A stretch of 64,000 nucleotides of DNA from Carpediemonas membranifera BICM (taxonomy: Eukaryota > Protista > Fornicata), in contig JAHDYR010000012.1 of NCBI GenBank assembly GCA_019828565.1, positions 372,001-436,000 of the forward strand, in the 5' to 3' direction. The position numbers and the translations under genes are program-made. Shown here in pieces: positions 32,142-41,850 of this stretch (position 1 is the first letter of the stretch; every line of letters starts with the position of its first letter). The notes below the pieces were generated by a model. The model searched no databases. It was not told where the DNA came from and worked only from the letters and a program-made list of their open reading frames with translations.

Positions 32142-34265
32142 ATGGGCGATGCACGGCTAACGGCCGCGTTATTGCTGCTATTGACCATATGCACGATACT
32201 TACAGATAACGTTGCATACGCGTATAATCCGATCAATGCGACATTAACCCCCTCGCCATCACAATCGGGCCAGCAGTTTGGCTGGGACATTGCCCTCGCG
32301 AATGAGGGCAAGACGGCCGTGATTTCCGCCCCCTCTCGGGACAACTTGAAGGGGGCCGTCTTTGTCTACGAGTACAGCGCCGTCACGGCCTGGGAACAGC
32401 TCACCATTCTCGCCCCGGACGCCAGCACCGTGCATTACTTCGGGACGTCCGTGGCGGCTGACGGCGACACCATTGCAGTGGGTGCGCCCTACTACAACAG
32501 CACCCACGGCGCGGTCTTCGTGTTTGTCCGCACCGGTGAGTCGTACGCCCTCGAGCAGGCCATCGCCCGCCCCATAGCCGGGTTCGGGGTCGAGGTGTCC
32601 TTGTCCGGCGACACCATAGCCGTAGGACCGGCTTTAAACGACGATGACGTCGCCGCAGTGGTCTTCGCCCGCTCCGGTTCGTCATGGTCGCACCAGCAGA
32701 CCCTCACAGCCTCAGTGACGTCCGAGGCCGCCGACGACTGCTTTATCACGGCCCTGGACGGCGACATCCTTGCCGTCAGCTTCTACGCTGCGGGCGCCAT
32801 CTTCATTTTCACCCGGTCAGCGTCAACGTGGACACTGACGCAGACTCTCGCCGGGCCGACGGGCGTTGGGGAGAGCCTGGCCATCAGCAGGGGCGGGGAC
32901 CTCATCGCTGCGGGCTATGATGACTACAGCGACCAGGCCGGCGCCGTCTACGTCTACAGGCGGCAGTCGGGGTCCTACGCCCTCGACGCCAAGCTCTATG
33001 CGAGCGACTCGACGCACGACTATCTCTTCGGCGACTCTGTATCAACTGACGGCGAGTTCGTGGCCGTCGGGTCCCGATGGGCCGACGCCCCTCACCTCGC
33101 CTCGGGGGCTGGCTACCTCTTCCACCGTAACGCCACGACGGGTGAGTGGGCCCAGCAGGGTCGCTTTGTCCCCGGTCGACTGGGCGATAACTCCCAGTTC
33201 GGCTACGGTGTCGCAGTTCAGGGGCGGACCGTGGTCGGCACCAAGTGGGAGAGGGCCGTGGTGTACAACACCGACACCATCACATCTTTTGATGACAGGC
33301 CTGAGCCGAGCTACATGTTCTACGTCATCGTCGGCATCATCGTGGCCAGTGCCGCCGTCACGGCCGCCGCTCTGCTCAGTCTCGCCGTCGCCGCGGTCAT
33401 CCTCTACACCGTCCTGGCGAAGAGCCGGGGCCGCACCACCCTCGACGCCCAGGCGCTCGACGCCATCATCTTCGGCGATGACACAAAGGTGCACCTGCTG
33501 CGGGCGTTCGACCCCAGCACCGTCCACGTCCACCGGGAGTCCGGGTTCCGGGGCGAGGGTGTCCATGGGACGGTCTACGAGTGCAGGGTCGACGACATAG
33601 ACGACCTCTGCGCCTTCAAGGAGATGACCCTCACCCCGGAGGCCCGCCGCACCACTGAGGGGCTCGTCGGGTACTTGGAGAAACTCTCCCTGGCCGACGT
33701 CCACGGTGTGTGTCGCGTGCACGGCGTCGTGATGTCTGACACCACGCTGGGTGTGGTCACAGATCTCGCGGATCGAACTATGCTGGATCTCCTAGATTCG
33801 GGTGAGATCCCCACCGACTGGCCAGGTCGCTGGGCACTGTCCCGCGAGATCGCCCAGGCGGTGGCAGGGCTCCACGACCACAGCATCATCCACGGTAACC
33901 TCAAGGAGACTAATGTGCAGTTTAAGGATGGTCGAGTCCTTCTGACGGACGCCGGGCTGGCGGACTTCAGCAAGACGGGCTTCCTGGCCAGCGAGACTCC
34001 GGACGCGACCCGGCAGGCCCGGGATGTGGAGGATCTCGGGCAGCTCCTCGGCCTGATCAGCGGCGGGGAGCGGGGCGCCCTCGGCCCTGTAGCCCTGCCC
34101 GACGACATACCTGAGGGTTGGCGGGTGCTCCTCGAGGAGTGTGCAAGCGACAACGTGTGGCAGCGGCCGAGTGCGGCAGACGTTGTTGCTCGGGTCGACC
34201 AGTTGGTGTCGGCGGCCGAGATGGAGGGCCCCGTGGATGGCGCGGAGATCGCGTATCTGTTTTAG
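32142..34265 (+). CDS. Receptor-like pseudokinase: signal peptide, FG-GAP beta-propeller, TM, kinase fold
   Basis: FGWDIAL..ISAP..GAVFVY and FGTSVA..VGAP repeats; TM at about aa 390-425 from 32142; GEGVHG, AFKE, HGNLK, DAG, RPSA. Confidence 0.88.
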   Translation: MGDARLTAALLLLLTICTILTDNVAYAYNPINATLTPSPSQSGQQFGWDIALANEGKTAVISAPSRDNLKGAVFVYEYSAVTAWEQLTILAPDASTVHYFGTSVAADGDTIAVGAPYYNSTHGAVFVFVRTGESYALEQAIARPIAGFGVEVSLSGDTIAVGPALNDDDVAAVVFARSGSSWSHQQTLTASVTSEAADDCFITALDGDILAVSFYAAGAIFIFTRSASTWTLTQTLAGPTGVGESLAISRGGDLIAAGYDDYSDQAGAVYVYRRQSGSYALDAKLYASDSTHDYLFGDSVSTDGEFVAVGSRWADAPHLASGAGYLFHRNATTGEWAQQGRFVPGRLGDNSQFGYGVAVQGRTVVGTKWERAVVYNTDTITSFDDRPEPSYMFYVIVGIIVASAAVTAAALLSLAVAAVILYTVLAKSRGRTTLDAQALDAIIFGDDTKVHLLRAFDPSTVHVHRESGFRGEGVHGTVYECRVDDIDDLCAFKEMTLTPEARRTTEGLVGYLEKLSLADVHGVCRVHGVVMSDTTLGVVTDLADRTMLDLLDSGEIPTDWPGRWALSREIAQAVAGLHDHSIIHGNLKETNVQFKDGRVLLTDAGLADFSKTGFLASETPDATRQARDVEDLGQLLGLISGGERGALGPVALPDDIPEGWRVLLEECASDNVWQRPSAADVVARVDQLVSAAEMEGPVDGAEIAYLF

Positions 34266-34332
34266 TGTTCGGTAAATTATTCGCTCGGGTGCGTGCTTCG
34301 GCAAAGGTGTGCGTGGGTGATGGAATACGTTC

Positions 34333-34368
34333 GTGTTGCGCAGTATAAACACATTGTTCGAACCTCCA
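34333..34368. repeat. Direct repeat copy 1 (26-nt exact core, 33/36 identity)
   Basis: gtgttgcgcagtataaacacattgtt-cgaacctcca. Confidence 0.95.
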
Positions 34369-34384
34369 GACAGGGCCTGAAAGG

Positions 34385-34478
34385 AACGATCAAAGTGCCA
34401 AACTGTACAACATCATCCGTCCGTAGACGAATGTTGGCGGTTAGCCAATTGATGATACTGGAATGATGTTGGAAGGCG
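34385..34478 (-). ncRNA. Putative Fanzor omegaRNA scaffold overlapping the ORF 3' end
   Basis: Hairpins UUGGC-UAACC-GCCAA and CAUUCGUC-UACG-GACGGAUG, closed by CAUCA/UGAUG. The same architecture with compensatory changes is at 41852-41900. Ends unknown. Confidence 0.6.
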
Positions 34479-35703
34479 CGGAATCAATGTGCGACTGAAC
34501 GGAGAGCCACTGAGCTCATCTTCCGTGGCAAGAGAACGCCACAGGATGTTCTCTGCAGCACTCTTGTCCCGATGATCAACATTCAGAGCATCAGGAACTG
34601 TTGCGCGCCACTGAGCACCACGGCACTGTGGATTTTCGCAGAGCATCACACGATGTGGGTGAACGTGCTGGTCATCACGCGGACGAACTCGCTTGTAGGG
34701 GGCGTGGCAGTGAGGGCAGACGACGGTGGTGCGGTCCTCGTTAACCATGTTAAGATCGACGACAATGTTATACCTCTTGAGAATGGGTACTACCTCTCTC
34801 GCGAACTTTCGATATGGCGCGCAAGGAATGAACATACCAGCAGGCGTGGTGAATCTCGAGCTCCCGTAGAAGACTTTCAGGCGAATGGGGGTGGCGATGG
34901 GATGGTGGCGACGCCAACCGAACTCCCGAGCCAACTGTTGGCCGCAGCGGGCGAAGTGCTTCTGGCGAAGGATGTGGTTCGCAACGCGCACTCGGCGGAA
35001 AGACTTACGCATTCCAGCCTCGAAAATGTCGTTCGCGTTGTCCAGCACAAACCTAATAGAGTTGTTGATACTCACTAGTCTTGTGCTCTTGAACGACGCG
35101 GCCGTCATATCAAAGCCGAAACTTGGCGTCTTAGTGTATCCGCACTTTGGAAGGACGCCGGAGCTGGTGGTGCCATCGGGGTGCCTGATGTAATACCCTC
35201 CGATGGACCTCGCGCCCGGGTCGAACCCCATGAGGTGGGCATCAGGATCCGGCGCGGACGGAGCCTCGGCATTATTTTCTCCGAGTCGCGGGCGCTCTTT
35301 TCTCCCGCCCTTTCGCTCGCTTTCGAACAGGCATGCTCGCATCATGTTGTGGCCGATAGCGGCCGAAGCCTCTCTTAATAGTCACCGCCACACAGACCCC
35401 ATCGGTGCTCAGGCTGAGCAGACGGCCCATTGACCTGGGGTTGTCCCGGTAGCGTCTTTTCTGCTCTTCTGTCAACGGTTGGGTGGCGTGTGGGAGTGTG
35501 GGATTAATTCCCACACGATGACAGAAATTATCATTCAGTAGGCCCATCGTGTCACCGTAGGCCATGAAGCCCGGTCGGACGGGGGCCATGGGCACGATCG
35601 GCACGAGGCGAGGCTGGCGGAGCGACATCGAGTACTCCCCGTTGAAGTGGCTGATGAGGCCACTCAACGTCTCCACTCCGTCTGCAATTGCCCAGACGCA
35701 CAC
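34413..35703 (-). pseudogene. Fanzor (eukaryotic TnpB homolog, Fanzor1-like) RuvC nuclease, split by a 1-nt frameshift at ~35272-35345
   Basis: 5' ORF has LVPIVP..FMAY and SLSTDGVCVAV. 3' ORF has RuvC-I GFDPG, VFYGSSRF..IPCAP, RuvC-II VNEDRTT, Zn finger CPHC..CENPQC and RuvC-III HRDKSAAENI. Confidence 0.9.
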
Positions 35704-35907
35704 ATATAGAGCCGACGATGAACACCATTACCAGCCTATACAAGTGTAGAAGTGAATTTAATGTGGAATAGAAGACAATGAGACGACGTGTGAGCGATTG
35801 TGATGTTTGCAGCTGTGCTGACGTCCACGAAGAAGACGCTTTGTGGAAGCCCTGGAGAAGACGATCTCCCTACCGACTTAAGACGTGAGTAGGAGGGAGA
35901 CAGGGCA

Positions 35908-35943
35908 GTGTTGCGCAGTATAAACACATTGTTTGACCCTTCA
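35908..35943. repeat. Direct repeat copy 2
   Basis: gtgttgcgcagtataaacacattgtt-tgacccttca. Confidence 0.95.
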
Positions 35944-36018
35944 ATAGCACAGTTCGTCTGGTCAAAAACTGCACTTGTCAACAGAGTGGGATGACAAGCA
36001 ACGCCAAACCGATAGTCG

Positions 36019-38829
36019 ATGGATGACGCTGGATCCGAACAAACACGGCTCATCGCATTGCTTGAGGCGCGGCAAACGGAAATTAGAGCGTTGAGAGCGG
36101 AGAACAGCGTCCTGATGATGGCGAACGAGGCTGTCAGGGCAGGTTTGATGAAGTCGAGCGCCCTTTTCCTGCAGATTAATTCAGTTGGTGACGTTCTTCT
36201 GTCGAACGACGCGTTCCAGACGGTGTACACCCCCGTCTCCACCAACGTGCTCACCACCGAGGGACTGTGCGACCTGACAGCTGCAAGGCCCTCGCGCCGC
36301 TTCACGACGTACGCGTGGCGCAATGGGACCAGGTTCGTGGTCTCCTGGGCAGCAGAGGCTACGTTCCGGGGCGATCATCTAACCAGGGTGACTCTGGTCG
36401 GGGTCATTCGGACTACGGAGGTGATGCCCCCGAGCACCAGCGGGAATATTCGCGTGTTTCACATGATGGACAACCTATCCTCCTCCTCGGGCTTCTGGCT
36501 GGCCGAGGTTGGGCCCCGACACCCTGCTGGCATCCGCATCCTCGTCATCACCCGACTGTTGAGCGAGTGGTTTGAACTGTCAACAGAGAGGTTTTGTGAC
36601 GCCAGTGGAGAGTCCTGGATGGCTGCGGTCGACCCTAACATGAGGGACACCGTGCGGGACGCCTTCTTCGCCCTCCTCCGTGACAACACCGCAGTATACG
36701 ACGAGACGTACCTCATTAGAGGGCTGAGGACCGGCACAGCGCGTTGGGTACGGGACCGTGCGGTCAAGAAGACGCACCACGGCGTGACCTACTGCTTTGG
36801 GGTCACAGAGGACGTTACAGACGAGGTGCTGGCCGACCGCCGCACCCGAGAACTCAACGCCATGCTCACCGTCATCCTGGAGAACCTGCCGGACATCATC
36901 ACAGTGTCAGATGTCAGCATGTTCCGGCGAACGGGCAGGTACCGCCGACTGTTCGTCAGCAGGTCGTGGGACACCGTTACAGGGCTGTCCTGCCCCGAAG
37001 CTGTGGGGGGTGGCGTCAGTGTAGAGGACATCAGACCATTTCTGGTCCCCGAGGAGGCGGATTGGTACATTGCCCGCCATACAGCTTTCCTAGAGGGGCG
37101 TGGGCATCTGAAGGACATCCACCACAGGTTTATTAACCCCAGGACGGGGGCCGTGAGGCACATGGTGATGAACGGCAGCCTCGTACGCGATGCTAGAGGC
37201 CGCCCCAGTCTGGCTATCATCGTGTCAAGCGATAGGACGGCAGAGGAGGAGACGATGGCGGCTTCCCGGGAGAGCCGCCTCATGTTCACCGCCATGTCCG
37301 GCGCCATCAATGACATCTGCTGCATCATAGAGCCCCCGCACGAGCCATACGCCCTCGACGAGGAGCCGGCAGTCTTCCCCGCGTTCAAACTGGTGACGGA
37401 AGGGGCGATGAAGTTGTTTGGGATCTCGCCTGAGTCCCTGAATGTTGATGCAAAGCTGTGGGTCGACACGATTGTCGACGAAGACAGAGTTAGGGTGCTG
37501 AGGTCTCTCCTGGCTTACGCCAACGACACTATCGTCAACCCTGGGTCAGCCAGACTCGACATCACCTTCACCATCGAGGTGGACGGCGAGAGGAAGTTTG
37601 TCGTGGCCCGTAACAGACCTAAGGTCAACCTGAGGGGTAAGGCAGTAGCTCTGGTGGGCACGTTTGCAGACCTCACCGCCCTCCATGTAGAGCAGAGGCG
37701 CCTGTCGCACGCTATCCAGCAGTTCGACGTCATCTCCGACCACATCGACTGTGTGTATTACCTCCTCGAGAGCAGGCCTGGGGCGACAGACTTCACTGCC
37801 CTTTACGTTCGTACCAGCCCCGTTACTTACTCGGATCAACAAGTACTACGAGACATTCACTGGGCGATCGCGGGAGGCGCTGTACGCAAGGGGGGCGGCA
37901 GAGTGGTGGTCGCTCATCCACCCTGAGGACAGGGCCCGGGCGACGGCCACGTTCCCCCAGTTCAGCACCAGGGAACGCAGGTACCGCCTGCTTCTCGACG
38001 ATGGCCGCGTCCGCTTTGTCCTCAATAGGCGAGTGCAGGTTAAGGAATCTGACGGCTTCATCCGGACCGCCGGAATTCTCGTCGACGTTACGGAGCTGGT
38101 GGAGTCCCAGCAGCGTAAGACCGAGGCCCAGGCCCAGATGCACAGGACGCAGCGGCTCGAGAGCCTCGGCGTCCTGGCGGGTGGCGTGGCGCATGAGTTC
38201 GGGAACGCCACGGCGGTTATCATGGGGAACGCGGACATGATCCTCGAGCTGGGGCCCAGCAACGAGAGGCTGAGGTTAGCCGTGGCAGCGATCATGGAGG
38301 CGTGCAGCAAGGCCAGCGCCTACACGGCCAAGCTGCTGGCTTACTCTGGCAAGGGCACGCTGAACGTCGCCGACGTCAACCTGACCCGGCTGGTGCGGGA
38401 CATGGCCGGCTTCATCGTGGCAAACCTGCCGTCGAACGTCGACGTCCATTTCGTCCTATTCCCGGAGAGCTCGCTGCCTGCAATCAGGGTGACGTACGCC
38501 AGCTGCAGCAGGTCATCAGCATTATCGGTGCAAACGGCATCGATGCGATCGGGTCCGACGCCGGCGTCCTGACTATCTCAACAGGCATCTTCGTCGGTGG
38601 GGAGACGTTCCAGCAGTGCGTCCACCTGACCATCGCGGACACAGGCGTGGGCATGGACCGGCAGACCCAAGCACGGCTCTTCCACCCCTTCTACACGACC
38701 AAGTCAACCGGCAAAGGGCTCGGCCTGGCTGCAGTCCAGGGCATCGTCACCAACCACGGCGGGACGCTCGAGGTCAAGTCGGCCCCGGGCAATGGTTCCG
38801 TCTTCTCAATACGCTTCCCAGTGGCGTGA
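36019..38829 (+). CDS. Multi-PAS sensor histidine kinase (bacterial CckA/NtrB-like), with an intron at ~37807 and a 1-nt frameshift at ~38485
   Basis: Several PAS/PAC units (RWVRDRA..GVTEDVT; IHPEDRAR..GILVDVTE), H box LESLGVLAGGVAHEFGN, GDVRQLQQV, IADTGVGMD, LFHPFYTTK, GKGLGL, GSVFSIRFP. No receiver domain. Confidence 0.88.
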
Positions 38830-39460
38830 CGGTGTCTGCCCCGTGGATGATAGTCGTAAACTTTCACTTTACTCGTAGTCTTCTTATCCGCGGGAAGGGC
38901 CACCGAGCCCAAGGGGACCCGGTGTTCCAAAGGCCCCTGTCGGGCATGGATCTCGGGATGACTCGGCCGGCAGTCACTGTGTCAGTTGCCTCGCATAGGC
39001 GCGCATCGGCGCATAAAGGTCGTTACTTCACCGTAATACGACCACTGTCTGGTCCATCATTGACGTCGCGGTTGCTCTCGCCGAGGGTAGCCTAGCCGTC
39101 AATTTGAGCGAGCGGGTGGTCCCTGCCACATGGTATGGTATTACCTTATCCAGGGTTAGCCTCCCACTGAACTGACCCTTCCTGGTGACTGGATTCACTC
39201 ATGGCTACAACTGTCGGCAGGGTCTCAAAAAAATTTTTTTCTTCACTTTTGTGGGTCGACCATGGTAATGCCACTGCGGCCGAGCTCCTTGGCTGGGGCC
39301 ATCTCCCATGCTTGAACCGTGCTTATGTTTGCTTCCTCAGCTGCCAGCAGCTCATTGCTCGCATCATCTGTTTTCATTTCTCCAGACACACCCGTCGTTC
39401 ATCACAGACGGCCACCATTGCAAACCCACACCATCCTAGCTATTTAACACCACCACACGC

Positions 39461-40051
39461 TCACCCTTTCACGACACGGCCGAGCTGCCTCGCCGCGATG
39501 TCGAGCTTGGTCTTGAGAGAACGAAGTTCGTCGACACCCACGGCGAAGGTCTGCTGCTTGCCGTCGTCAGTGTACATGGTGAGCATGCAGGTCGACTCCA
39601 TGCTCTTCTCGCACAGGCTGCTCGACAGCCCCACGCCCGTCTGCCATTCGACGTCCGTGACGCCGGGGTGGGCATTCAGCGACCACTCCCGCAGCCGGTC
39701 GTTGATCTCGGGGGCTGCCTCTGTGTATACCTTGCAGATGAGCTCGGCTATCTCCTCGGGGACCTCGGATTCCTGCAGATGGGCGGAGAGTGAGACTGGC
39801 TTCATGCCGTGGAAGATTGCCTGGCGGAAAATGAAGATCAGGAAGCCCTGCAAACTACTAAACTTGGCGTTGTCAATCTCGTATGTCTCTATAAGTTGGT
39901 TCTGCTTTTCTTCAGGAAGAATATCCGACAGAGGCTTGTCTTCAATCAGCTGCATCGCCACAGCGCGGCAGATCTTGTATGTAAGCTTCATATCAGTGTT
40001 ACATAGAAGATTAAGGCTCGATTTGAACTTTGAAGTGGAGAGGAACGCCAT
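39461..40051 (-). CDS. COMM domain-containing protein
   Basis: C-terminal COMM motif VTDVEWQTGVGLSSS..TFAVGVDELRSLKTKL; about 196 aa. Confidence 0.82.
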   Translation of the reverse strand: MAFLSTSKFKSSLNLLCNTDMKLTYKICRAVAMQLIEDKPLSDILPEEKQNQLIETYEIDNAKFSSLQGFLIFIFRQAIFHGMKPVSLSAHLQESEVPEEIAELICKVYTEAAPEINDRLREWSLNAHPGVTDVEWQTGVGLSSSLCEKSMESTCMLTMYTDDGKQQTFAVGVDELRSLKTKLDIAARQLGRVVKG

Positions 40052-40108
40052 GATGAAATGACGATGATCCTTAAACTGCACTTCAATCATTTGATGACCC
40101 TTAGTTTA

Positions 40109-41227
40109 TCAGTGGGCCCAGCCCATCTCGTGCTCGGGGCAGCCGTAATCAGCAGCGATGGGACCGAGCATGGCGGCCATGCCATCCACCGCCGACCCCA
40201 TGACACCGAAGCGGTGCCGGAAGTACTCGTCCTTCTCGACGCCGCTGAGTCCGGCCGTCTCCTCAGTGTTCGCCTTGAGCTCTGTCGGCGTGGGATACCG
40301 GAACTCACGTCCGCGGCAGTCCGTCAGCTGTCGACCCGCCGCGGACGCCACTGCTGCCGGGGCGCATGTGTCCCAGAACTTGGGCCCGGGCATGGGGTAC
40401 GCGTACACGTCGACGACGCCTTGTAGGAAGAGCAGTGCCTTGTGGCCGGTGCCGCCCGTCTGGACGATGAAGTCGGGCTCCACGGCCGCCCGCATTCGAT
40501 CCATGGGCTCCCGCCAGTTGATGTCAGTTGCTAGCATCTTAACACCGTCGAGCGCCTTGATCTCGGCGGGGGTCTTGAAGGTGTAGCCGGGGAAGCACTG
40601 GCGAATGGGCGTGCCCTCGCTCTTGACCAGGTCGCCCACGGGCAGGGTGTTGGACTGTACAGGGACGCTGTACTCAGTGCTGGCGGCCCCCAGCCCGTGT
40701 ACCTCCCCGCCGCGGACACCATAGACCATTGCCCCGGTGCCCAGCTGGTACATGATGCCCGCCACGGCCTGGGCACGGTATGCCACGCCCAGGAGGATGA
40801 TGCTGCCGGGCAGGTCGTCGAGTACGAAGTGCTTTGTGCCGTCAATGGGGTCGATGATGACTACGCACTCGGAGACGTCGATCGACGCCAAATCCGCGGG
40901 GAGCGTGAGAGGGCGGTCGGACGGTTGCACTCTGAGGCGGTCCGCGAGCACGGACTGGAGCTTCTGGCCGACCTCCTCGACCTCAGCGGGGTCCTCCTCG
41001 GCAAGGATGGCGATGTCGGGGAAAACACGGCGGAGATTGGAGATGATGAGGTACTGAGAGCAGAAGTCCGCGACTGTGACGGGATCTCCGGGCTTCTTGT
41101 CGTGAACTTCAACGAGATGGCCGTTCCTGAGGTCGAAGATGAGCTTCGCTGCCTCATCGGCGATTCCCATGAGGAGCCTCACGAGATGTTCAAAGGATGT
41201 CGTTGTTTCAGGTGTTTTTGTTGCCAT
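40109..41227 (-). CDS. Inositol monophosphatase family, 3'(2'),5'-bisphosphate nucleotidase (BPNT1-like)
   Basis: DPVTVAD, LAEED, IIDPIDGTKHF, GGTGHK, KFWDTCAP. Confidence 0.9.
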   Translation of the reverse strand: MATKTPETTTSFEHLVRLLMGIADEAAKLIFDLRNGHLVEVHDKKPGDPVTVADFCSQYLIISNLRRVFPDIAILAEEDPAEVEEVGQKLQSVLADRLRVQPSDRPLTLPADLASIDVSECVVIIDPIDGTKHFVLDDLPGSIILLGVAYRAQAVAGIMYQLGTGAMVYGVRGGEVHGLGAASTEYSVPVQSNTLPVGDLVKSEGTPIRQCFPGYTFKTPAEIKALDGVKMLATDINWREPMDRMRAAVEPDFIVQTGGTGHKALLFLQGVVDVYAYPMPGPKFWDTCAPAAVASAAGRQLTDCRGREFRYPTPTELKANTEETAGLSGVEKDEYFRHRFGVMGSAVDGMAAMLGPIAADYGCPEHEMGWAH

Positions 41228-41576
41228 TTGACGTAGAGAATAGCTGGAACCAATTTCGTTCGTCACGTCGAGAAAAGCTATACATGCTGACAATGTATCA
41301 GTGATAAATGGGCGGCCTTGACTCATCTGGTTGTATAGACAGTCGAGCTGGCCCATGACCAGGCCCACGCCGCCCTTCGCTCGCTCCGCTGTTGGTTGGA
41401 GCGTGGAGACGCCCGTCCTGAATGCGGATGAACTAACAAGCGAATGAACGTGTGAGACGCATCAGTCGGTCCTCCTACCCATGTATGCCCGTCTAACTAT
41501 CCCCTTCATACAAGTCCGTGTCCTGGAATGAGGCGCGTCTGTTTAAATGATCATCTAGTGAGGCCGAACGCCACGT

Positions 41577-41774
41577 CTACTTAAGCTCAGCATCTAGACG
41601 AACGAGGTCGTTTGTGAAAGCCTTGAACTGCTCGCTAGTCATCTCCACGGCAACATCACGGCGAGCACCGTTCTCTGAGAGCGCGGTCTTGAAGGTAACC
41701 TCCACAAACTCTTCTTTCTTACCCCCATCTACACATCTAGTTCCGTATTTCACCTCAATGTCTCCTAGGTCCAT
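41577..41774 (-). CDS. Small COMM-domain-only protein (COMMD6-like)
   Basis: 65 aa: LGDIEVKYG..FVEVTFK..NG..VEMTSEQFKAF resembles COMMD6. Confidence 0.6.
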   Translation of the reverse strand: MDLGDIEVKYGTRCVDGGKKEEFVEVTFKTALSENGARRDVAVEMTSEQFKAFTNDLVRLDAELK

Positions 41775-41850
41775 TTTAGGTTCGTTTTTTTCGGTTCGTC
41801 TCAATGTGAAGTATCATAGAGTGCACAGTCAAGCACTGCGTCTCTCCACT

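Larger units (their letters stand above)
34333..35943 (-). mobile_element. Fanzor-carrying element bounded by 36-bp direct repeats
   Basis: A Fanzor ORF fills the interval between two copies of GTGTTGCGCAGTATAAACACATTGTT(+10 nt). No transposase was seen, so the boundaries are inferred. Confidence 0.65.

Noticed and set aside
34333-35943. CRISPR array interpretation of the 36-bp repeats
   Set aside because: Only two copies, 1.5 kb apart, with no spacer periodicity.
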